The notes under the pieces are model-generated. The model ran no database searches and was not told the origin of the DNA. It was given only the letters and a program-made list of their open reading frames with translations. DNA of 64,000 nt from an uncultured bacterium (GTDB lineage Bacteria > Patescibacteriota > Minisyncoccia > Phycocordibacterales > Phycocordibacteraceae). The stretch covers positions 87,368 through 151,367 of the forward strand of contig CAIJZI010000006.1 in assembly GCA_903825105.1 (NCBI GenBank). The letters run 5' to 3'. Every line of letters begins with the position of its first letter. The stretch's first letter is position 1. The position numbers were made by a program, and so were the translations under genes. This document shows, one piece after another, positions 1 through 9,877 of the stretch.

Positions 1-2
1 TC

Positions 3-803
3 TTGATGGCATCTGGCTTCGAGCGCTACTTCCAGATCGCGCGCTGTATCCGCGATGAAGATCTCCGCGCCGATCGCGGTTTTGAGCACACACAAATCGA
101 TATGGAGATGTCATTCGTTAAAATGGAAGAGGTGATGGATATGGTCGAAGGGATGATTACCTCGACCGTCGAAGCGATGGGCTATACGATTAAAGAGAAA
201 CCCTTCCCGCGCATTTCATATAAAGATGCGATGGCGAAGTACGGCGCTGATAAGTTCGACCTGCGCACGCCTGAAGAAAAAGAGAAGGGAATTCTCGCCT
301 ACGCTTGGGTCGTCAACTTCCCATTCTTCGAAAAGACGGATGAAGGTGGGTGGACATTCACACACAATCCATTCTCGATGCCGATCCCTGAACACATCGA
401 TTGGCTTATGAAGGGCGAGAATATTGGAGATATTTTGACCACACAGTATGACCTCGTTTGTAACGGTTATGAATCGGGCGGCGGGTCAATCAGAGCGCAC
501 AAGCCAGAAATTCTCGAAGCGACTTATAAAGTAATGGGCTTCTCAAAAGAAGATCTCGAGGAGCGCATTGGGCATATGCTGAAAGCATTTCGCTTTGGTA
601 CGCCACCACACGGAGGCATCGGGCTCGGCGTCGAGCGTAATATTATGAACTTAACTGGCGAATCAATGTTGCGCGAGGTTCAGGCATTCCCGATGACGCG
701 CGGCGGGCAGACCTCAGTGATGAAAGCGCCAAAGCCGCTCTCTGAAAAACAGCTCCGCGAACTCCATCTCTCTATTAAAAATGCTGACAACGCCAAAAAA
801 TAA
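3..803 (+). CDS. aspS: Aspartyl-tRNA synthetase, C-terminal part (5' end outside window)
   Basis: Class II motif 2 (YFQIARCIRDEDLRADR..EHTQIDMEMSF), YDLVCNGYE.GGGSIR and motif 3 PPHGGIGLGVER. Confidence 0.95.
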   Translation: MMASGFERYFQIARCIRDEDLRADRGFEHTQIDMEMSFVKMEEVMDMVEGMITSTVEAMGYTIKEKPFPRISYKDAMAKYGADKFDLRTPEEKEKGILAYAWVVNFPFFEKTDEGGWTFTHNPFSMPIPEHIDWLMKGENIGDILTTQYDLVCNGYESGGGSIRAHKPEILEATYKVMGFSKEDLEERIGHMLKAFRFGTPPHGGIGLGVERNIMNLTGESMLREVQAFPMTRGGQTSVMKAPKPLSEKQLRELHLSIKNADNAKK

Positions 804-1518
804 TTTCAGTATTCAAACGGAGGCCTATCAAGGGCCGTTTGATCTTCTGCTCGATCTTATCGAAGCGAGAAAATTACTCGTCAACGATCTCGCCCTTTCT
901 TCTATTACAGAGGATTTTATTCAGCATGTGAAGAATCAGACGGAATTCCCGGTCGAAGAAACAGCGAATTTTATCCAGATTGCTGCGACTTTAATTCTTA
1001 TAAAATCGAAGTCGCTTATACCAGATCTCACGCTCACCGAAGACGAGAACGCTGATGTTGAAGACTTGAAAAAACGACTCGCAGCGTATGAAAAGATTCG
1101 CGAAGCCTCGCGAGAATTGGCACGGATATTTGGGAAGACCGTGATGCTGCCAGTAGGCGAGAGAGAGGTAGAACCCATCTTCGCGCCTTCGCGCGATCTG
1201 TCGAAAGAAGCTCTGGCTGCTGCGCTCGAGCGCGTTCTCCTGGCGAGAAAAGAAGTCGAGGCTCTGCCCGAAGCGCGCGTGAAGCCGCTCGTGACGATTG
1301 AAGAAATGATGGACCGCCTCGCGAAGCGGGTACAAAGCGCGATGACTTTGTCGTTTAAAGAATTTTCAAAAGGGACGAAAGAGCATGTCGAAGTCATTGT
1401 CTCATTCCTCGCTCTTCTCGAACTCGTTAAACAAGGGGCTGTTTCTGCTGAACAGTACGCCCCCCACGGCGATATCCGCATCAGCCACCAGGCTTCTGCC
1501 GAAGTCCCGAGGTATTAA
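781..1518 (+). CDS. scpA: Segregation and condensation protein A (kleisin)
   Basis: YQGPFDLLLDLI N-terminal motif, VSFLALLELVKQG C-terminal motif, next to scpB. Confidence 0.95.
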   Translation: MLTTPKNNFSIQTEAYQGPFDLLLDLIEARKLLVNDLALSSITEDFIQHVKNQTEFPVEETANFIQIAATLILIKSKSLIPDLTLTEDENADVEDLKKRLAAYEKIREASRELARIFGKTVMLPVGEREVEPIFAPSRDLSKEALAAALERVLLARKEVEALPEARVKPLVTIEEMMDRLAKRVQSAMTLSFKEFSKGTKEHVEVIVSFLALLELVKQGAVSAEQYAPHGDIRISHQASAEVPRY

Positions 1519-1628
1519 GCAAATTCTGACTTTTCCTTTTATATATTTATATCTAGACATATTTAAATTCACAAAGCGTCATTGCCGAGGAGGGGGACAA
1601 CACTCGACAGTGTGATGATGCATCAGTT

Positions 1629-2174
1629 ATGATAGAAGCAATGCTTACGCCTCCTGCAGCCCTTCACGCACTCCTCTTCGCCTCCGGCGAACCGATGGGA
1701 AAGAAGCATCTCGCCGAGCTTCTTGAGATGAAAGAAGAGGAGTTAAAAGGCGTGATAGAGACACTTACAAAATTATTAAAAGGAAGTGGCGTGACGATTA
1801 TTGAAACAGAAAGTGAAGTCGAGCTGCGTACCGCCCCAGAGGCTGCAGCGTTTGTTAAAAAATTGCACGAAGATGAATTAAGTCGCGATTTAGGGAAAGC
1901 GAGCTTGGAGACACTCGCGGTTATTTCATATAAAAACGGAAGTACGCGTGGCGAGATCGATTGGGTGCGCGGCGTGAATTCTTCAGCCTCGCTTCACACC
2001 CTTCTCTTGCGCGGGCTCATAGAAGGGAAGGAAGATGAAAAAGATAAAAGACGCATTCGCTATTCACTCACGACTGAAGCGCTCGCGCATCTCGGACTCT
2101 CTCGCGCCGAAGACTTGCCGCGATATACTGAATTTTCTGCTGCCACACTCGCAGCCGAGGAGATAATGGAATAA
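1629..2174 (+). CDS. scpB: Segregation and condensation protein B
   Basis: ALLFASGEP and LETLAVISYK..TRGEIDWVRGVNS motifs. Confidence 0.95.
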   Translation: MIEAMLTPPAALHALLFASGEPMGKKHLAELLEMKEEELKGVIETLTKLLKGSGVTIIETESEVELRTAPEAAAFVKKLHEDELSRDLGKASLETLAVISYKNGSTRGEIDWVRGVNSSASLHTLLLRGLIEGKEDEKDKRRIRYSLTTEALAHLGLSRAEDLPRYTEFSAATLAAEEIME

Positions 2175-2183
2175 ATTAATTAT

Positions 2184-3140
2184 ATGGATATTGCTGATTT
2201 AAAAAAGATTGCAGAGCGTTCGAGAAGCGGCCGAGAGCTGGGTATCGCCCTCCTTTTTTCCTCGTGTCTTCTCGGGCTTCTTGTTTTTGTCACACCATTT
2301 TTTATTAAACAAGCTCCCGATACAAAAGATGTCGCTGCCGAGCCAGTCGCTCCTTCGCCAGACGCCTATGCGAATGTTCCAATAACAGCCAAAGCCGCCA
2401 TTGTTTATGACATCGCGACAAAAGAAGTTTTATATGCGAAAAATGCCGACGCTCAGCTCCCGCTCGCTTCGCTCACGAAGCTTTTAACCGTATATTCAGC
2501 GCTTAGCGAACTTTCTCCAAACACGCCGATCACCATTCCTGCGAATGTGACGAACATCGACGCTCCGCGCGCCCTTTCTGCTGGGCAAACATTCTCTCTT
2601 GCTGATCTCGCTCGCTTAACCTTAACTGCCTCGCTTAACGACGGCGCTTCGGCTATTGCGATGGCGACAGCCGCGCAGGAGAATCGTTCACAGACAGATA
2701 TGCTCGCCGCCGCAGCAGAATCGCTTAATCTCTCACAGACCTACGCGGTAAATGGAAGTGGTCTGGATATCAATTCTGTCGTTTCTGGGGGGTATGGTTC
2801 GGCGCGTGATATGTCAGTATTGGCCGGCGCTCTTGTCGATAAGGCAGCGGGGATTGCTTATGCGACAACACAGAGTTCTGTTCAAGCCACGGCGACAAAC
2901 GGCACGGTCATTAGTGTTAAAAATACTGACCCGATGATCTCGTCGATCCCGCGCCTCCTTCTTTCTAAAACTGGCTTCACCGATCTCGCCGGCGGGAATC
3001 TCGCTCTCGTCTTTGATAGCGGAATGGGGCATCCGATCGCCGTCATTATTCTTGGTTCGTCTAGCAAAGAGCGGTTTACCGATGGAATGGCACTCGTCGA
3101 CGCCACTCTCGCGCACTTCGCGGGCGTTGCTTCACTATGA
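2184..3140 (+). CDS. D-alanyl-D-alanine carboxypeptidase (peptidase S11)
   Basis: N-terminal TM anchor; SxxK (ASLTK), SxN (SLN), KTG (KTGFT). Confidence 0.9.
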   Translation: MDIADLKKIAERSRSGRELGIALLFSSCLLGLLVFVTPFFIKQAPDTKDVAAEPVAPSPDAYANVPITAKAAIVYDIATKEVLYAKNADAQLPLASLTKLLTVYSALSELSPNTPITIPANVTNIDAPRALSAGQTFSLADLARLTLTASLNDGASAIAMATAAQENRSQTDMLAAAAESLNLSQTYAVNGSGLDINSVVSGGYGSARDMSVLAGALVDKAAGIAYATTQSSVQATATNGTVISVKNTDPMISSIPRLLLSKTGFTDLAGGNLALVFDSGMGHPIAVIILGSSSKERFTDGMALVDATLAHFAGVASL

Positions 3141-4204
3141 TTAGCACTGCCGTTAGAGTATTTATACCAGCCGCTGTCTCATTCTCGATGGGGATCGTTA
3201 TCGCCCCATTTCTCGCTGGAGCGCTCTATCGTGCAAAAGCGTGGAAGAAAAAAGCGGGAAAAGGGAATGCGATCGGCGGCGGAGGGACGCCACTCTTCGA
3301 TGCACTTCATAAAGAGCGCGAGGTCTCGACGCCTCGGATGGGCGGCATTCTTATTTGGAGTTCGACGCTCGTCACCGCATTTCTTTTTTGGATTTTTGCG
3401 CAGTCATTTCATTCATTTTGGCAGTGGTTAGACTTCGTCAATCGCCGAGAGACGTGGTTGCCGATTTTTGCACTCGCCGCAGGCGCCTCCGCAGGACTCG
3501 TTGATGATTTTCTAGAAATAAAAGAGGGCAGAGGCGGCCTTTCTCTCGCTCGCCGACTCACTATTGTTGGAACAATTGGTTTAATAGCGGGATGGTGGTT
3601 TTATGCGAAGCTTGGCGTGGTATCAATCGGTATTCCTTTTTCTACGCCACTCTTTCTTGGTTGGTTTATTATTCCATTTTTTGCCGCAGTCACACTTTTG
3701 GTATATGCGGGAGGAACGATCGACGGGCTCGACGGGCTCGCAGGTGGCGTCTTCGCAATCATTTTTATGACCTATTCGGGTATTGCCTTTGGCGAGGGAC
3801 AAGTATCGCTCGCGGCATTTCCTGCCGTTGTCGCGAGCGCGACTCTCGCATTTCTTTGGTTTAACATTCCTCCCGCACGATTTTATATGTCCGAAACAGG
3901 GAGTATGGCGCTTACCTTATCTCTCACGATGATTGCCTTCGCTTCAGACACGCTATCAAAAGGTGTTGGGGTGTTCGTTCTCCCGCTTATTGCGCTTCCA
4001 CTTACCGCGACAGTACTAACAACTCTTCTTCAGGTCTTTTGGAAAAAAGTTTTTCATAAAAAATTATTCCTTATTGCACCCATTCATCATCACTTCGAAG
4101 CCCTTGGCTGGTCTGCGGCAAAAGTAACGATGCGGTACTGGGTTATCACTATTATGTCTGGAGTCGTCGGACTCACGATCGCGCTCCTCTCGCGCCTTCC
4201 ATGA
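3137..4204 (+). CDS. mraY: Phospho-N-acetylmuramoyl-pentapeptide transferase
   Basis: TPRMGG, DGLDGLAGG, FNIPPARFYM, APIHHHFE; multiple TM helices. Confidence 0.95.
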   Translation: MISTAVRVFIPAAVSFSMGIVIAPFLAGALYRAKAWKKKAGKGNAIGGGGTPLFDALHKEREVSTPRMGGILIWSSTLVTAFLFWIFAQSFHSFWQWLDFVNRRETWLPIFALAAGASAGLVDDFLEIKEGRGGLSLARRLTIVGTIGLIAGWWFYAKLGVVSIGIPFSTPLFLGWFIIPFFAAVTLLVYAGGTIDGLDGLAGGVFAIIFMTYSGIAFGEGQVSLAAFPAVVASATLAFLWFNIPPARFYMSETGSMALTLSLTMIAFASDTLSKGVGVFVLPLIALPLTATVLTTLLQVFWKKVFHKKLFLIAPIHHHFEALGWSAAKVTMRYWVITIMSGVVGLTIALLSRLP

Positions 4205-5301
4205 AATTATTTTCTGGCGACCGCATATTCTTCGTGCTCGTGCTCGGGATGGTGTTCGCCGGGCTCGCCATATTTTCTTCTGCGGCGCTTGGGCTCCTCG
4301 CGCGACAAGGTGGTTCTGTATCACAAAACATTTTACTTCAAGCAGGTCTTGGACTGGGCCTTGGTTTTATATCGCTTTTTATAGCACGCGCGATACCACT
4401 TTCTTGGTTAAAAAAATACGCGCCGCATTTATTTATCGCAGCACTTATTTTTACTGCACTCGTTTTCGTCCCTGGAATTGGCTTCCACTCTGGAGGCGCG
4501 ACACGATGGATTAATCTTCATTTCACCACCGTTCAGCCATCAGAATTTCTGAAAATAGCTTTTGTGATTGTTCTCGCTTGGTGGATCGCGCCGCGTGCGC
4601 GCCAACTCGATAGCCCGAAAAAAGGATTATTACCTTTCGTCGCATTTCTTATCGCTCCAAGCGCGCTTCTCCTCGCACAGCCGAATACCTCAACAGCTTT
4701 CCTTATTATTGTCACTGGCGTGATGATGTACTTCGTCGCTGGCGCTCCGTGGCGCGACTTCGGGATTTTGATTCTCGTCGCTGCGCTTGCACTCTTTGTT
4801 ATTGTTTGGGCGCGGCCGTATGCCTTAGAGCGCGTAAAGACATTTTTTGATCCCTCTGCCAATGCTCTTAGCAGTGGCTATCAGATTCAACAGTCGCTCA
4901 TCGCTGTCGGCAGTGGAGGATTCCTTGGTAAAGGGCTCGGACAAAGCGTCGAGAAATTTAATTACCTTCCTGAACCCGACGGAGACTCGGTCTTCGCCGT
5001 ATTCGCTGAAGAGGCAGGATTTGTTGGCGCGCTCTTATTACTCGCGCTCTTTGTCGCGCTCTCGGCGCGCGGCATCGTTATCGCCGGCAACTCGCGCGAT
5101 CTCTTCGGCGGACTTATCGCATTTGGCTTTTCATTCATTATTATCCTTCAGGCATTTAGTAACATCGGCGCGATGCTCGGCATCATCCCGCTTACCGGTC
5201 TCCCACTCCCGTTTATCTCGCACGGTGGCACGGCGCTAATGGCGATGCTGATTATGTGCGGCTTTATCCTCAATGTCGCGGCGTATCGCAAAAGCGTTTA
5301 A
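4201..5301 (+). CDS. ftsW: SEDS peptidoglycan glycosyltransferase FtsW
   Basis: GATRWI, QPSEFLK, GYQIQQS..AVGSGG, PLTGLPLPFISHGGT; lies between mraY and murG. Confidence 0.9.
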   Translation: MKLFSGDRIFFVLVLGMVFAGLAIFSSAALGLLARQGGSVSQNILLQAGLGLGLGFISLFIARAIPLSWLKKYAPHLFIAALIFTALVFVPGIGFHSGGATRWINLHFTTVQPSEFLKIAFVIVLAWWIAPRARQLDSPKKGLLPFVAFLIAPSALLLAQPNTSTAFLIIVTGVMMYFVAGAPWRDFGILILVAALALFVIVWARPYALERVKTFFDPSANALSSGYQIQQSLIAVGSGGFLGKGLGQSVEKFNYLPEPDGDSVFAVFAEEAGFVGALLLLALFVALSARGIVIAGNSRDLFGGLIAFGFSFIIILQAFSNIGAMLGIIPLTGLPLPFISHGGTALMAMLIMCGFILNVAAYRKSV

Positions 5302-5343
5302 CAGGCGCTTTATATTTGCATCGTTAAATGTTTAAATATACCT

Positions 5344-6483
5344 ATGACCATCGCATTTACGGGGGGCGGGACGGGCGGGCACTTTTACCCAATTATCGCT
5401 ATGGCAGAAGCGCTTCGCGACCTGGTGCGCGAAGATCAGCTCATCGCGCCAAAATTGTATTATCTCGCGCCACAGCCCTTTGACGAAAAAGCGCTTTTTG
5501 AAAACGGCATTTCTTATATTCGTGTGCCAGCAGGGAAGATGCGTCGCTATGTCTCAATACAAAATATTACCGATTCATTCGTAACCCTTTTTGGGACGCT
5601 CTACGCAGTTGTTGTACTTTTTAAATTGTATCCCGATGTGGTCGTTTCAAAAGGCGGCTACGGGAGTGTCCCGACGATTCTCGCTGCGCGCCTCCTTCGC
5701 ATCCCGATTATTATTCACGAATCAGATGCGAAGCCCGGGCGTGCGAATCTCCTCGCGGCAAAGTTCGCAGATAAGATCGCCATTTCTTTTGCTGGTTCTG
5801 AAGAATTTTTCCCAAAAAAGACGCGTAAGAAAATAGCCCGTACTGGCATCCCAACAAGGAAAGCACTGATGCGCATTGAGCATGAAGGCGCAGAACAATA
5901 TCTGCATCTTGAAAAAAACATCCCGACCGTTTTTATTATCGGGGGTTCACAAGGCTCGGTCAGAATAAATGAAGCGGTTCTCTCGGCACTTCCTGATCTT
6001 GTTTCCTTTGCAAACATCATTCATCAAACGGGTCAGGCGAATTTCAAAGCTGTTGAAGCTGTCGCGAATGTCGAGCTCACGAAGAACTCTTACGCCTCTC
6101 GCTATCATCCGATAGATTATTTGTCTGAAGTCGCGATGCAAAGAGCTGCTGGTGTCGCGAGTGTCGTGGTCTCGCGCGGAGGTTCGACCGGCATAACAGA
6201 AATTTCTTTTTGGAAGAAGCCGGCGATTCTTATCCCTATTCCAGAATCAATCAGTCATGATCAGCGGAGCAACGCCTACGCCTACGCGCGCACCGGCGCC
6301 GCGATGGTAATCGAAGAAGAAAATCTTTCGCCACATCTGCTCGTTTCAGAAATAAAAAGAATCATTGATAACCCGAGTATAGCGAACAAGATGAGCGAGG
6401 CAGCGGGCGAATTTGCTGATCCAGACGCAGCAAACATTTTGGCGAAACAAATTTTATCAATCGCTCTCCGACACGAAGTATGA
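5344..6483 (+). CDS. murG: UDP-GlcNAc:lipid I transferase
   Basis: GGGTGGHFYP, KGGYGSVP, HESD..PGRAN, GGSQGS, HDQ..NA. Confidence 0.97.
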   Translation: MTIAFTGGGTGGHFYPIIAMAEALRDLVREDQLIAPKLYYLAPQPFDEKALFENGISYIRVPAGKMRRYVSIQNITDSFVTLFGTLYAVVVLFKLYPDVVVSKGGYGSVPTILAARLLRIPIIIHESDAKPGRANLLAAKFADKIAISFAGSEEFFPKKTRKKIARTGIPTRKALMRIEHEGAEQYLHLEKNIPTVFIIGGSQGSVRINEAVLSALPDLVSFANIIHQTGQANFKAVEAVANVELTKNSYASRYHPIDYLSEVAMQRAAGVASVVVSRGGSTGITEISFWKKPAILIPIPESISHDQRSNAYAYARTGAAMVIEEENLSPHLLVSEIKRIIDNPSIANKMSEAAGEFADPDAANILAKQILSIALRHEV

Positions 6484-7823
6484 ATAAAGTTGTCACGCGC
6501 TTCGCCCCCTCACCAACCGGATTTCTCCATGCCGGTAATTATCGCACCGCCGTCTTTTCATATCTTTTTGCAAAGCACACGGGAGGTTCATTTATTCTTC
6601 GCATCGAAGATACGGACACTGCGCGATCAAAAAAAGAATATGAGGATAATATTTATGAGGCACTTGCATGGCTCGATCTTAGATCAGAAAAGACCTACCG
6701 CCAGAGCGAGCACAAGGCGCGTCATCGTGAACTCTTAGAAAAATTGGTGGCAGAAAATCTCGCCTATGTTTCAAAAGAAGAAGTAAAAAATGAAGGCGAT
6801 AGGGAAGAGGTAATTCGATTTAGGAATCCTGGTGGGCTCGTTTCTTTTACCGATTTAATCCGCGGAGAAATAACAACCGACGTTACTGACCTCGGCGATT
6901 TTGTTATCGCAAAATCTTTTGACGAACCAGTATTTCACTTCGCTGTCGTGGTCGATGATTCAGACGAGGGCGTGACGCATGTTGTTCGTGGCGAGGATCA
7001 TATCTCGAATACTCCGCGACAAATTATAATTCAACGGGCACTCCATTTAGAAACGCCGCAATACGCGCACCTCCCACTTATATTAAGTCCTGATAGAACG
7101 AAACTTTCTAAAAGAAATGGTGCGCGAGCCATCACTGACTACCGCGATTTAGGATTTTTGCCCGATGCACTCTTTAATTATCTCTCATTCCTCGGATGGA
7201 ATCCTGGTGACGACAGAGAATATTTAACGAGAGATGAATTAATCGAAGCGTTCGACATTTCTCGCGTACAAAAGGGAAGTGCCATTTTTGACGAAACAAA
7301 ATTGCTCTCGGTTAACCAGCACTGGATGCGCCAGCTTTCTGACGAAGACTTCCTCGCTAAAATGATGGATTTCGTAAACCCATCATTGTCCATAGATTCA
7401 GAAATGCTGGGGAAAGCCGTGTCACTTCTGAAAGAGCGCTCAAAAACATTTGGAGAAGCGCGAGAAATGCTCTCCGGCGAGCTCTCTTGCCTTTTTGAAC
7501 AGCCGTGTCTTGATAAGGAAAGGCTGACCGCGAAGGAGCTCCCAAGCCATCCCAGAATGACCGTTTTAGCCCTAGAAGGCCTCCTGGAGCCCCTAAAATC
7601 CCTTCCAGAAGGAGCTAGCCCCGAGGCAGTTAAGTTGACCATTATGCCCGTAGCCAATGCTGAAGAAGCAAAAGAAAAGGGAGGTAGGGGAGCCGTTCTT
7701 TGGCCACTTCGCTATGCCCTCTCGGGGCAAGAACATTCGCCTGACCCCTTCACCCTTATCTCTATCCTCGGAAAAGAAGAATCGGCTTCGCGTATACGAA
7801 AAGCAATTGCTATACTTGTCTGA
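6480..7823 (+). CDS. gltX: Glutamate--tRNA ligase
   Basis: RFAPSPTG.LHAGN, LRIEDTD, RGEDHISNT, KLSKR. Confidence 0.95.
   Translation: MNKVVTRFAPSPTGFLHAGNYRTAVFSYLFAKHTGGSFILRIEDTDTARSKKEYEDNIYEALAWLDLRSEKTYRQSEHKARHRELLEKLVAENLAYVSKEEVKNEGDREEVIRFRNPGGLVSFTDLIRGEITTDVTDLGDFVIAKSFDEPVFHFAVVVDDSDEGVTHVVRGEDHISNTPRQIIIQRALHLETPQYAHLPLILSPDRTKLSKRNGARAITDYRDLGFLPDALFNYLSFLGWNPGDDREYLTRDELIEAFDISRVQKGSAIFDETKLLSVNQHWMRQLSDEDFLAKMMDFVNPSLSIDSEMLGKAVSLLKERSKTFGEAREMLSGELSCLFEQPCLDKERLTAKELPSHPRMTVLALEGLLEPLKSLPEGASPEAVKLTIMPVANAEEAKEKGGRGAVLWPLRYALSGQEHSPDPFTLISILGKEESASRIRKAIAILV
7360..7387. repeat. Imperfect palindrome family D, copy 1 (inside gltX)
   Basis: AAATGATGGATTTCGTAAACCCATCATT, identical to 43147-43174; 24-bp core also at 55151-55174. 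Confidence 0.9.
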
Positions 7824-9040
7824 TGAAGCGTGCACTCATTGGTGCAATTATTTTTATATGCCTTTCGACTGGCGCACCGTTATTGGTACACGCCGACTCT
7901 TTTCAATCTCAAATAGATGCGAACAATCAGAAGATCACTTCGCTCGAATCACAGATCGCTGAATATCAAAAACAACTTGGCGTTTTAAGTACTGAAAAGA
8001 GCACGCTCCAATCAACAATAAATGCACTCACTCTTTCACAAAAACAACTGGCGACGCAGATTCAAGTAACGAAAAATAAAATCGCTTCGGCAAATTTACA
8101 AATACAACAATTGACCCTTTCTATCGGCGACAAAGAAGCGGGGATTACTGCCGACCAAGACGCCATTTCTTCAGCGCTGAAAAGTATCGACCAGGGCGAA
8201 CAGGTATCACTTATTACTCGACTCCTTTCTTCACATTCGCTCGATGACGCCTGGCAGGCGACTGACGAAGCCGTACAGTTTAATCGCTCGCTAATACATA
8301 ATGTGAACGATCTTCAGAACGCGCGTAAGACGCTCGTGACAAACCGCGACGCGGTAAAAAAAGCAAAAGCAGATCTCGTAACACTCCAAACACAATTAAC
8401 CGATCAAAATAAATCGCTCGCACAAAGCAAGTCTCAAGAACAACAATTGCTCGCAGAAACGAAAAATAGCGAAGCAACCTATCAAAAACTTCTCGCGACG
8501 GCACAAGCCGAGCTGGCAAGCTTTTCAGCATTTACCAATGCAGCCGGAGGATCAAAACTTCTGGCGAATCAAACCGTCTGCGATTCGTGGGGCTGTTATT
8601 ACAATCAGCGCGATGTGCTCTGGGGAAATCTCGCTTTAAACGGAACGAGATATTCGCTCGCGAGCGATGGCTGTCTCGTGACCGCAATGGCGATGGTTTT
8701 GACTCATTATGGCTACCGGAATGTCACTCCGGTCACGATAAATTCTAATCCGAACAACTTCGCGTCATATTATCCGGCATATCTGATGTATACGATTTAT
8801 GTTGATGGGATCTCGGCTACGCGTGTTACCACAGCGATAGATTCGACTATAGCGAGCGGCAATCCGGTCATTGTGGGAGTTCATGCGTATGGTGGGACGC
8901 ACTTTGTTGTACTTGTGAGTGGCAGCGGGGGAATTTATGCGATGCGCGATCCGTATATCGCTGGAGGAAAAGATGTGAGTTTTTCTGCACATTATTCAGT
9001 CAGAAATATTTATGCAGTTAGTAGGGTAGTTATTAAATAG
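7823..9040 (+). CDS. Secreted coiled-coil protein with C39-like cysteine peptidase domain (probable cell-wall hydrolase)
   Basis: Signal peptide, long PcsB-like coiled coil, YNQRD..W, GCLVTAMAMV (Cys), HFVV (His), MRDP (Asp). Confidence 0.8.
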   Translation: MKRALIGAIIFICLSTGAPLLVHADSFQSQIDANNQKITSLESQIAEYQKQLGVLSTEKSTLQSTINALTLSQKQLATQIQVTKNKIASANLQIQQLTLSIGDKEAGITADQDAISSALKSIDQGEQVSLITRLLSSHSLDDAWQATDEAVQFNRSLIHNVNDLQNARKTLVTNRDAVKKAKADLVTLQTQLTDQNKSLAQSKSQEQQLLAETKNSEATYQKLLATAQAELASFSAFTNAAGGSKLLANQTVCDSWGCYYNQRDVLWGNLALNGTRYSLASDGCLVTAMAMVLTHYGYRNVTPVTINSNPNNFASYYPAYLMYTIYVDGISATRVTTAIDSTIASGNPVIVGVHAYGGTHFVVLVSGSGGIYAMRDPYIAGGKDVSFSAHYSVRNIYAVSRVVIK

Positions 9041-9049
9041 CCTGGGCGC

Positions 9050-9077
9050 CTGTCGTAAAAGATATATTGTGCGACAT
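9050..9077. other. Candidate dif/Xer-type recombination site
   Basis: CTGTCGTAAAA-GATATA-TTGTGCGACAT, an 11-6-11 imperfect inverted repeat between convergent genes. Confidence 0.4.
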
Positions 9078-9135
9078 ACTTCTTCCTCCTGATCTCGGTC
9101 ACCCGAGCGCATCCCTTTTTATAGAACGATTAAAA

Positions 9136-9858
9136 TTATGCGCAATTTGTATTCGCGATTATGTAGTTGTATGCATCATCAACAGAATCAACGAGCGTGT
9201 AAAGCGAAATGTCAGATTCTGAAATCGTAGAATATTTTTCGCACAATGTTTTTTCTATAAAAGAGAGAAGAGGCCTCCAATACCCTTCCCCGAAAAGGAT
9301 AATCGGCATTTTACGAATCTTTTTTGTTTGAACGAGTGTGATGATTTCAAAAAATTCATCGAGCGTTCCGAAGCCGCCGGGAAAATAAACATATGCCTCA
9401 GAGGCATAGGTGAGCATCACCTTTCGCACAAAGAAGTGGTCGAAGGTTAACTTGTCGGTCAGGTAGGGATTGTACGACTGCTCGTTTGGCAAATTAATAT
9501 TCAGCCCGATCGAAACACCTCCGGCGTCATACGCACCTTTATTCGCCGCTTGCATAATACCTGAGCTACCTCCGGTAATAATCGCGAAACCATTTTTAGC
9601 CAATTTACCCGCAAGCTCTTCTGCGGCTTTACACATTTCATTATCACTATCAGCGCGAGAGCTACCGAAGAATGACGCGGCGAGACTCTGGCGACCAATA
9701 AGGTCAAAGCCGTCGACAAATTCAGACATAATTTTAAAGATGCGCCACGGCTCCATCTTCTTTGGTTTGCAGACCATAAGCGGTCGCTCGCTCGGCATAC
9801 TTCTCTGCCCTTCGTGGACAGCTTTCGCCAATTCTTCATTTCTCAAATTCTCATCCAT
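9136..9858 (-). CDS. LOG/Rossmann-fold nucleotide-binding protein (TIGR00730-like)
   Basis: FGSSR, ITGG..GIMQAANKGA, FFVRKVML, PGGFGTLDEFFE. Confidence 0.92.
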   Translation of the reverse strand: MDENLRNEELAKAVHEGQRSMPSERPLMVCKPKKMEPWRIFKIMSEFVDGFDLIGRQSLAASFFGSSRADSDNEMCKAAEELAGKLAKNGFAIITGGSSGIMQAANKGAYDAGGVSIGLNINLPNEQSYNPYLTDKLTFDHFFVRKVMLTYASEAYVYFPGGFGTLDEFFEIITLVQTKKIRKMPIILFGEGYWRPLLSFIEKTLCEKYSTISESDISLYTLVDSVDDAYNYIIANTNCA

Positions 9859-9877
9859 TATTTTTTATAATAGCATC

